From: a virus
IMG/VR virus record: IMGVR_UViG_3300042397_001782
Coordinates: 55,981-119,980 of that record
DNA length: 64,000 nucleotides
Strand: one strand, 5' to 3'
Both the position numbers and the translations under genes were made by a program. Under the pieces are notes generated by a model. The model was given only the letters and a program-made list of their open reading frames with translations, was not told the origin of the DNA and ran no database searches. Below are positions 38,839 through 47,200 of this stretch, in pieces (within the stretch, counting starts at the first letter, position 1; each line of letters begins with the position of its first letter).

Positions 38839-39099
38839 ATGAAATTTTTTAGAGAAATGTTTAGCGATGATAATTCAATTAATGAGAAATCTGTTATTGG
38901 ATTCCTGGCATTTATTATGATGTCCTTATTCGCAATTGTAGATATTGTTACAGGATATTTAGGAAAAGAGCTTGTTGTAAATGAATTTATATTCAATGCT
39001 TTTGAAGTGCTAGTGTTAGGTTCATTTGGTATTGCAGCTACAGAAAAAATTACAAGCATTATAAAATCTAATAAAAACGAAGAAAATGAGTCTGAGTAA
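38839..39099 (+). CDS. Second holin-like two-TM protein
   Basis: Two TM helices, charged C-terminus, overlaps the next lysin gene. Confidence 0.6.
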   Translation: MKFFREMFSDDNSINEKSVIGFLAFIMMSLFAIVDIVTGYLGKELVVNEFIFNAFEVLVLGSFGIAATEKITSIIKSNKNEENESE

Positions 39100-39697
39100 A
39101 TTACAAGAAAAAATTGGGGTAACTGCTGATGGAGCGTTTGGCCCTGGAACAATGAAAGCTGCTATGGCTTTTTATGGGTTTACACCTGAGAGAGCTGCAC
39201 ACTTTTTTGCACAAACAGCACATGAGTCTGGAAACTTTAAAGCGTTCTCTGAAAACTTAAACTATTCTGCTGACGGATTGGTAAAAATCTTTGGCAAATA
39301 CTTTACAGCGGCCACTGCCCCTAAGTATGCTAGAAACCCTGAAAAAATTGCTAACAAAGTTTATTCTTCTAGAATGGGCAATGGTGACGAAGCTTCAGGA
39401 GATGGCTGGAAATTTAGAGGAAGAGGGGCTCTTCAATTAACTGGTAAATCAAACTATCAAGCATTTTCAGATTATTTGAATAACCCTGATATTATGACTA
39501 ATCCTGACTTAGTTGCAGGTGAGCTTTCTTTTGAGTCTGCTAAATTCTTTTTTGATAAAAACAAACTTTGGGATATATGTGATAAAGGTGTAACCAAAGA
39601 AACTATTTTAGCCCTTACTAAAAGAATAAATGGGGGTACCCATGGTTTGGCTGATAGAGAAGAAAAAACCTTTAAATATTATACATACGTTAAATAA
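39086..39697 (+). CDS. GH19-family endolysin with N-terminal peptidoglycan-binding motif
   Basis: LQEKIGVTADGAFGPGT; FFAQTAHESG; FRGRGALQLTGKSNY; TKRINGGTHGL. Confidence 0.9.
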   Translation: MSLSKLQEKIGVTADGAFGPGTMKAAMAFYGFTPERAAHFFAQTAHESGNFKAFSENLNYSADGLVKIFGKYFTAATAPKYARNPEKIANKVYSSRMGNGDEASGDGWKFRGRGALQLTGKSNYQAFSDYLNNPDIMTNPDLVAGELSFESAKFFFDKNKLWDICDKGVTKETILALTKRINGGTHGLADREEKTFKYYTYVK

Positions 39698-40158
39698 TGA
39701 AATATTTATTTATAATTCTTATTGTTTTACTAGCAGTATATATGTGGCTATCACATGATAAGTTTGTTCAAAACGAAGCTATTATACAAAGACTAGAAGA
39801 CAGTTTGTCTAGAAAAGTAGACACCTTGATAGTAGAAAGAGATGTGGTAAAAGACCATTACATTAAATCTAAAGAGATTGTATATAAGATAGACGAAAGA
39901 TACATTGCAGGCAAAGATTCTGTTTGTGATAGCTTAGTAGTAGCCCTAAAAACATCTCTTACAAACTGTGATAAAGTAATAGTTAAATCAGATACTTTAA
40001 TCAAAACCCTTCTTGTGAGAGACACAGTTAGAGTGAAACATATACAATATTTACAGGCAAGAAATAAATTTTCTTTAATAGCTGGCCCAACCCTATCCTT
40101 TACTCCACAAGGAATACAACCTGGTGTTGGTATTGCTTTTGGGCTAAAGATAAAATAA
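39697..40158 (+). CDS. Spanin-like membrane protein
   Basis: N-terminal TM, coiled coil, C-terminal amphipathic beta-strands; last gene of the lysis cassette. Confidence 0.5.
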   Translation: MKYLFIILIVLLAVYMWLSHDKFVQNEAIIQRLEDSLSRKVDTLIVERDVVKDHYIKSKEIVYKIDERYIAGKDSVCDSLVVALKTSLTNCDKVIVKSDTLIKTLLVRDTVRVKHIQYLQARNKFSLIAGPTLSFTPQGIQPGVGIAFGLKIK

Positions 40159-40163
40159 AGCTA

Positions 40164-40193
40164 TTGACAAATAAAATAAATGTTGTATATTTG
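40164..40193 (+). promoter_or_regulatory. Consensus-like Bacteroidota promoter with no downstream ORF
   Basis: TTGACA-N16-TATATTTG. Confidence 0.75.
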
Positions 40194-40197
40194 TGCC

Positions 40198-40510
40198 AAA
40201 TTTATCTCACTGAGACAAATTTCTAGTGCCTGACGTTTGAGGGGAAACCCTGGTTCATAAGATTTCACTAGATAGTTTTAAATAAGTAAGGACCTCCGAG
40301 GATTAACAATTCAGATACCTTCAGGGATAGGAGAGGAAAAAATAGGATCAATGACGTAAGAACTGGGCTTCCCAGTTTCCTATTAAAATACACGATAGTA
40401 AATATTCCTAAGTACAGAGATGTATATGGAAATTTATGAACGAACTTACCAATAGAAACAAGATAAATGCGTTTATTGCAAAGTATATTCTGATTTCCTA
40501 GATTTTTTTT
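40198..40510 (+). ncRNA. Candidate structured non-coding RNA (~300 nt)
   Basis: Promoter-driven, no ORF in track, multiple stems with GNRA loops and a long-range pairing (see findings). Confidence 0.55.
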
Positions 40511-40635
40511 CTCGGGAGAACCCTCTATTTCTTTAAATAATATACTATAATCTTTAGTACTATTAATATGCTCTAACTATGCCCAAAAAAAATCACAAAA
40601 AATACATTTTTTTCTTTGAATTAAAAAAAAAGAAG

Positions 40636-40643
40636 TATCTTTG
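40636..40643 (+). promoter_or_regulatory. TAnnTTTG promoter element for a small RNA
   Basis: tatctttg followed within 80 nt by a terminator. Confidence 0.6.
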
Positions 40644-40644
40644 C

Positions 40645-40720
40645 GTGAGATAAATATAAAGATAGAGCAATTCTATCGGATACCCCTTGCTGATTCCCTT
40701 TGAGCAAGGGGTATTTTTTT
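40645..40720 (+). ncRNA. Candidate ~70-nt small RNA
   Basis: Promoter, gataga/tctatc hairpin, 12-bp terminator; no ORF. Confidence 0.5.
40680..40720 (+). terminator. Intrinsic terminator
   Basis: ataccccttgct/agcaaggggtat stem plus T-run. Confidence 0.85.
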
Positions 40721-40815
40721 ATAAAAACTAATAAAATCATAATTTTTTTTTACTTTTGTGAAAAATTATGTGCAATAAATAAAAAAAGCATTACTTTTGC
40801 ATAAAAAATATAATA

Positions 40816-42033
40816 ATGGTAGCACAAAAAACAATAAATAGATTTTTAAGTTGGAGAGAAAATAATCAAAATTATCTACAATTTGGAAGACCGAGTAAGA
40901 AAACTTTACTTAAAAGACTTAACAGAGAAGGGTTTAACCTTTGTCCAGAAGAATTAAGTTTTTTACTCAAACACTCAGGAAAAAATTCTTTTGTAAAAGA
41001 AAAAATAAATGAAGGGACTAATGTATGGGTTCCTTCGGAAATGGTAGATACAGTTAAAGAACTCAATGCCATCTACCAAGAAAGTAAAAAACTAGGATTA
41101 GATGTGGAAGACGTAAAGCATGGGTGGTTAAAAACACAAGATGCCTCAATGTTCTTCACTAATCCTTTATATAAGAAAAAAGAAGAGGATGGCTTCTATA
41201 ATGAACTAATAGAAGATTTACAAAGTTTTTCTCCTTCTTTTCCTGTCATAAAAAGAACACCTAGTAGTGAGGGCCATTTACTAATTATTGACCCTGCGGA
41301 TATACATGTGGGCAAATTAGCTATGGCTTTTGAAACAGGAGATGAATATAACACTAAAATTGCAGTAGAAAGAGTTTTAAAAGGAGTACAAGGTATTTTA
41401 GACAAGACATCAGGATTTAATATTGACCAAATTCTTTTTGTAGGCGGTAATGATATTTTACATATTGATACTCCAAAAAGAATGACTACTTCTGGTACTC
41501 CTCAAGATACAGATGGAATGTGGTATTCTAATTTCTTGGTAGCCAAGCAGTTGTATGTAGATGTATTAATGATGTTAATGCCAGTGGCAGATGTTCATTT
41601 CACATTTAACCCATCGAACCATGACTACACTAATGGCTTCTTTTTAGCGGATGTTATTAAAACATACTTTAAAGATTGCAAAAATATAACATTTGATTGT
41701 TCTATTGCACACAGAAAGTATTATAAGTATTATAACAACTTAATAGGAACAACTCATGGAGATGGAGCTAGACAAGCAGATTTGCCATTATTAATGGCAC
41801 ATGAAAGTAAAGATTGGAGCGATTGTAAGCATAGGTATATTTATACGCACCATGTGCACCATAAAACTGCTAAAGACCATATAGGGGTAACAATTGAAAG
41901 TTTAAGAAGCCCTAGTGCTTCAGATAGCTGGCACCATCGAAATGGGTATACAGGAGTACCAAAGGCGATAGAAGGGTTTATTCACCACAAAGAATTTGGA
42001 CAAGTGGCAAGGTTAACTCACATATTTATATAA
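40816..42033 (+). CDS. Calcineurin-like metallophosphoesterase
   Basis: DIHVG, GNDILH, SNHD, HGD, HVHH metal-binding motifs; tacttttg promoter elements at ~40751 and ~40792. Confidence 0.85.
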   Translation: MVAQKTINRFLSWRENNQNYLQFGRPSKKTLLKRLNREGFNLCPEELSFLLKHSGKNSFVKEKINEGTNVWVPSEMVDTVKELNAIYQESKKLGLDVEDVKHGWLKTQDASMFFTNPLYKKKEEDGFYNELIEDLQSFSPSFPVIKRTPSSEGHLLIIDPADIHVGKLAMAFETGDEYNTKIAVERVLKGVQGILDKTSGFNIDQILFVGGNDILHIDTPKRMTTSGTPQDTDGMWYSNFLVAKQLYVDVLMMLMPVADVHFTFNPSNHDYTNGFFLADVIKTYFKDCKNITFDCSIAHRKYYKYYNNLIGTTHGDGARQADLPLLMAHESKDWSDCKHRYIYTHHVHHKTAKDHIGVTIESLRSPSASDSWHHRNGYTGVPKAIEGFIHHKEFGQVARLTHIFI

Positions 42034-42037
42034 CAGT

Positions 42038-42232
42038 ATGGGGCCTTTTTTTTATTCTACAGGAGGTACTATAAATAACAACCAAACCAATGTTGATATG
42101 GGAGAAAACAGTATAAATCTAATATCAATTTATAGATACTTTATTTCCCATCCTTCATGCCAATTTAGAAATATGCCTTATCAAATTTTTGCACCAAGTT
42201 ATAAAAATTGGTTAGAAGCTAAGTATAATTAA
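42038..42232 (+). CDS. Hypothetical protein (64 aa)
   Basis: ORF track; fills the gap between neighbours. Confidence 0.55.
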   Translation: MGPFFYSTGGTINNNQTNVDMGENSINLISIYRYFISHPSCQFRNMPYQIFAPSYKNWLEAKYN

Positions 42233-42244
42233 AAATAAAACATT

Positions 42245-42919
42245 ATGACAATAAGAGAAATTATAAGTGGATATAGGGTGCCTATAGACCATGGTCTTCC
42301 TTCAGATGACACAGATTTTCCTACAAAATATATCTATCACTTAATGAAGTTAGCTAGAGCTAAGTTATTATATGATAGATTAAATGACCCTAGGTTTAAT
42401 TATAATTTAGCTCTACAAACTTTAGAATGTGTGGAGCTACAATTAGCAGATACTAACGAATGTTGTGAAAAGCTTCCTTCAGGATGCAAATGGTTGAAAT
42501 CAAAAAACCCTATACCTGAAACTATCAATAACATGATTAACAAAGTGTATAATGATAGGGGAGACACTTACAATAGAATACTATCAGAGTCTTCCAATTC
42601 ATTTAAAAGATATTCTTTTATAGAAGAAAGTGATTTTAAATATTTGATTAAAAACAGCTATTTATTTGTACCAGATTTAGATAGCCCTCAATGGGTAAAA
42701 ATTGAAGGCTTATTTTATGATGACGAAGTAATTAAAGCTACATGTGGACCAGTGTGTGATTTATTAGATACAGAGTTTCCTTTAGATAGCAGATTGGTTA
42801 CAACTATGTACGCTATTATGAATGAAATGATACTGAAAGTATATCCTTTCTTTAAGAAGGATGTTACAAATGATGGTACAACTGACGATACTTTAAATAC
42901 TAATGCGAAGGGTAAGTAA
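42245..42919 (+). CDS. crAss-like tail/ring structural protein
   Basis: QTLECVEL...C...C..LKS..PIP, NSYLF, EFPLD motifs; synteny with IHF-like and tubular genes. Confidence 0.65.
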   Translation: MTIREIISGYRVPIDHGLPSDDTDFPTKYIYHLMKLARAKLLYDRLNDPRFNYNLALQTLECVELQLADTNECCEKLPSGCKWLKSKNPIPETINNMINKVYNDRGDTYNRILSESSNSFKRYSFIEESDFKYLIKNSYLFVPDLDSPQWVKIEGLFYDDEVIKATCGPVCDLLDTEFPLDSRLVTTMYAIMNEMILKVYPFFKKDVTNDGTTDDTLNTNAKGK

Positions 42920-43286
42920 TAAACCAAAATCTTTTTATTCTTTAACTAAGGCGGCAAAGGATAGCAAATTTGAGGACAAGCAACTCTATAAAAGAGTTGT
43001 AGAAGAAATATTTAAAGTTGCTGGTCAAAGACTTATATATAAAAATAGAGTAAATCTTCCTGGATTAGGGGCATTTTATTTAACTGCTTATAAATCTGAT
43101 AAGAAAATAGTAGATTTTGGAATGACAAAAAAATTAGGTAAAACTGTTTACTATACAAATTTTCATTCAAATAGAGTTAGATATAGAATATCTTGGGGAA
43201 AAAGTATAAGAACAAAGTATTATATTTTTAAACCATATAGATTTTTAAATAGAGAATTAGCTAAAAAAATAATAAACGATGATTAA
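42903..43286 (+). CDS. IHF/HU-like protein of the crAss tail module
   Basis: YKRVVEEIF...VNLPGLGAFYL; very basic; position before the tail tubular gene as in crAss-like phages. Confidence 0.7.
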   Translation: MRRVSNKPKSFYSLTKAAKDSKFEDKQLYKRVVEEIFKVAGQRLIYKNRVNLPGLGAFYLTAYKSDKKIVDFGMTKKLGKTVYYTNFHSNRVRYRISWGKSIRTKYYIFKPYRFLNRELAKKIINDD

Positions 43287-44229
43287 TATAGAATTAGTAC
43301 CTATAAGCACTGTAATTGAAAACTGGAAACAAATTGCGGTATCAGAATTAAACTTTAACGAAGATCTACTCACTGAGTGGATTTTAGATGCTTATAACGA
43401 CATTGGAACCTATAAGCAATATAAAGAAAGAGTGCAGAAGCTTAAAGTAAGAAATTACAAAGCACAGCTTCCTTGTGGGTTTAGACAGTCTTTATATGTA
43501 TTGGCACAGCCTATACGACCTCAAGAAGAAGCTTTTTTCTTGACAGAGTACATTAGACAGGAACCTGGTAATGAAAACTGTACATGGGAGTATAAAAGAG
43601 TTTGTAAATGCCCTGAAGATAAACATTGTAATTGTGAACAAAACTACATAGAAACTGCAGGATATTTATTTATCAATAATCTAGAACAAGCAAAAGGTTT
43701 CAAGTTTGCAACAGTACAAGATTTTACACAATGGTTCACTACAAACCCAAGAAGATGGATAGTATTACAACCTCAAAAAAATGAGGTGTCCCTTTTAAAT
43801 TATAGAGAATTAGGCATTAAGCTACATCCTTCACACTTTTTTACTATAGATAATGGGTACATTATAACAGACTTTAAAGAGGCTGATTTATTAATTGGAT
43901 ATTTGGGAATACCAATTGGGGAAGATGGTCTTCCATTAGTTCCAAATATGGGAAGTTATACAAATGCTTTAATTGCTGCGTTAGAAAGAAAGTTTGCTTA
44001 TATACAATATAGAAAGAGCAGAAGCAATGCTGATTTAAACTTTTTCCAACTATCTGATAGAGAATATTCAAAATGGAAAGTTAAAGCGAGAGAGGACATG
44101 AATGCTCAGACATTTGAAGAAATGTGGGCTATGGGAGAAGCCACAAATCAGTTTTTGGTTCCTAACGAATATCATGGTTTAGATCAAAGAAAATCTCAGA
44201 AAATAAATAACGGATTTACAAGATATTAA
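43279..44229 (+). CDS. Tail tubular/ring protein (P22 gp4-like)
   Basis: VRNYKAQLPCGF, IDNGYIITDFKE, GEDGLPLVP motifs; synteny. Confidence 0.7.
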   Translation: MINIELVPISTVIENWKQIAVSELNFNEDLLTEWILDAYNDIGTYKQYKERVQKLKVRNYKAQLPCGFRQSLYVLAQPIRPQEEAFFLTEYIRQEPGNENCTWEYKRVCKCPEDKHCNCEQNYIETAGYLFINNLEQAKGFKFATVQDFTQWFTTNPRRWIVLQPQKNEVSLLNYRELGIKLHPSHFFTIDNGYIITDFKEADLLIGYLGIPIGEDGLPLVPNMGSYTNALIAALERKFAYIQYRKSRSNADLNFFQLSDREYSKWKVKAREDMNAQTFEEMWAMGEATNQFLVPNEYHGLDQRKSQKINNGFTRY

Positions 44230-44240
44230 TAAGTTAAGCT

Positions 44241-47200
44241 ATGGCAGAGCAAAATAATAATAAAACAAGAAGTTTACAAGATATAAAAAACTATACCTTC
44301 ACCAAAGGTATGAATGATGACGCTTCTCCAGAAGCACAGCCTGCAGATACCTACAGAGCCGCTTTAAACATGGTGAAAGAATCCTCTGAAGGAGATGAGA
44401 ATTTTCTCACCACAGAATATTCTAATGCATTTAGAATCAAGTTGCCTGGAAAAGTTTTACATTCTAACTTGATTAAGCAATTAAATCAAGTTGTAGTCTT
44501 CTTGCACACAAATGAAATAGGATTATATGACCCTAATTTAAATACTTATACTAAGTTATATGCTTCTCCTGGTTTAAATTTTTCAATATATATAGATTCT
44601 GTATCTTTTACAAAAACAGAATGTGAAGATGTTGTATTAATTTTTTGGGACTCAGTAAATAGAGTGCGAAATATTAATATATCTAAATTTATAAAAGAAG
44701 GGCCTGGTGATGGTCCTGTTGAGGAATTAGAGTTATTTAAAACTGCAGACACTTGTATTAATTTAAGTGATGTAAGTTTTATAGAAAATGCTGCTTATAA
44801 TGTAGACGCAGGAGTTTATAGACCTTTTATTCAATATGAAGATGAGGATGGTAATACTACTAATTATTATATAATAAATGAAAATATACCTTTAATAGAA
44901 GATGGTACAAATGGTACCTATGAGTACATTGATGGGAATGAGTCTAAAATTTTAAATAAAAGTATTGTACTAAAATTTGATAATGTAGACACTAAATATC
45001 CTTTTATTAACGTAGGGTTTATAAAAACAGTTAATGGAGTGCCCACTGCTTTTATTTTTAAAAGAAAGCAACCTACAAATATTTTTTCTACAGTAACGTA
45101 TGAAGGAGATACTACTTTTATTCAAACTGTAGATATTGCAGAAGTTCTAACTAAAAGAGCTTTTTATTTATCTGCAAAAACAGGTTTAATTTATAATAAT
45201 AGTTTACTATTAGGAGGATTAAAAGGTAAAAGAAATGTTGATTATCAACAATATGCAAATAAAATTTCTGTAAAATATGTAACAGGAAGAATTAATTTAA
45301 GTAGAACAAAGGGATATAAAAATCCTGAACATATTATTCACCATAAGTCTTGGATGAGGGATGAAAATTATATGTTAGGTATTGTATTAGAGTTTGAAGA
45401 TATGTCAGAATCTGCTGCATTTCCTTTAATAAATAAACAATATACTCCTTTTCCTGAATTTACAGGTTCGGGAGGTCCTAGACCTGAGACAAATGATACA
45501 AAATTATGTTGTACAGATGATAGAGTTTATTGGAAAGAAGTTAATACAGCAAAAAGAACTGCATATAATCATTTTGCAGGAGACCTTAGTGTAACAGATT
45601 TTTGTTCAGGAACTATAGATAATAATTCTAACAATATTAGATCTGAGGGTTATTTAGGTTATTTTGAATCAGAAGAAAAATATCCTGTTATATTAAGATG
45701 TGGAGCTTCTCCAGGGTCATTAGATGTTAATGATTATATGTATCCTGTAGATACTAGCACTGGAAAAGCAATAGGAAAAAATATTACATTATTTAAAATG
45801 CCAGACTCTACTATTGAGCCTTTCCACAATAATATAATAGATGATTTTGCTATTGAAGATAATAAAAATAGATTTGATAGTAAATATGATAATTTAGAAA
45901 TTTATCCTTTAGGTTTAAAACTAGAGAATATAGAGTTTCCTACACTAGAAGAAACAGATGGGGTAAAAGTTACAGGATATAGAATTGTATATGTAAGGAG
46001 AGACACTTTTAATAAGTCAGTACAAGATAAAGGTTGGTTTGTTGAGATGTTTAAAAATAATCTTAATGGCACAGATTATATTTATCCTAAACATAATGTT
46101 AATTCTGGAGCTAAGTGGGATTATTTTTCAAATCTTAGAGATAGAACTATTGAAAGCTCTAGCCCTATACAAGATTTTGTAAGAAACTGTGGATATGGAA
46201 AACACTATGATAATGGTATAATATTTTATGGGGGTAATACATTATTTTCTCAACTAGGAGTTAATGTTAATCATGTTAAAATAGAGCAACAATATAATAC
46301 AACAGGTTATTATATAGATTCTGTTAGAGGTCAAAATTCTGATAGGTTTAGTACTATAGGAGATAATACTTATGACCCTTCTACATTTTTAGATAAAGAT
46401 GGTAGATTTAGATCTGCTTCAATACAAATTTATAATTTATATAATTATGGATATGACCAAAAGTCGGATGGAACTTTAGATAGAAGTAGAGGCTATTTTA
46501 ATAGAACAGAAGTTATTTATCAATTTAAAAATATTTGTACAGATAACTATTCTTATGTAAATGATAATGTCATTCTTAATAAAATTTTAAACTCAGATTT
46601 TTCTTTAGTTAATTTTTACAGAGAAAGTGGGTTTTATTTAGATTTTAATAACCCTACAGACTTATCATTTAATAAAAATTATAGAGAGTTTAATAATCAA
46701 ACTTTTACAGTAGCGAGTACTACTACAGTAACTATACCTCTTAATACTTTTTTATCTCCAGGGCAAATTGTAACAATATCTAATTTAGGGGGTTGTAATA
46801 CTACTTCTGTATTTGGCCCAGTAGGTAGACAATTTACTGTTATTAATGGTACAACATTACAAGTAATAGGAACTCCTTTTACTTTGGCTCAAGTTGGTTT
46901 AAGTTGTAATACTATTGACTATGATGTAAGTACTTCTAGACAATATTTTAATTCAGATTCTAGTGCAAAAAAATGTAATTGTACTACTTTATTTGATAAT
47001 ATTGTAGAAAATATAATTGGTGGAATAGGGGTAAGATTGTTGACAGCAACTTCAACATCTGATATATTAGTACCTATTCCTCCCGCTACATCTTTTCCTA
47101 CAACAATAACTGATTATCCTAACGGAACAATATTTACTATTAATGCAGTGTCTCCTCCTACTGTTCCTTTTTTAGCTGGAGATAAATATAAATGGAATAG

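Noticed and set aside
40325-40470. RNase P RNA, tmRNA or group I intron identity for the structured region
   Set aside because: Only a partial GAGGAAA match; no GAAAGUCC/CGGCUUA pair, no tRNA-like ends, no P7 signature
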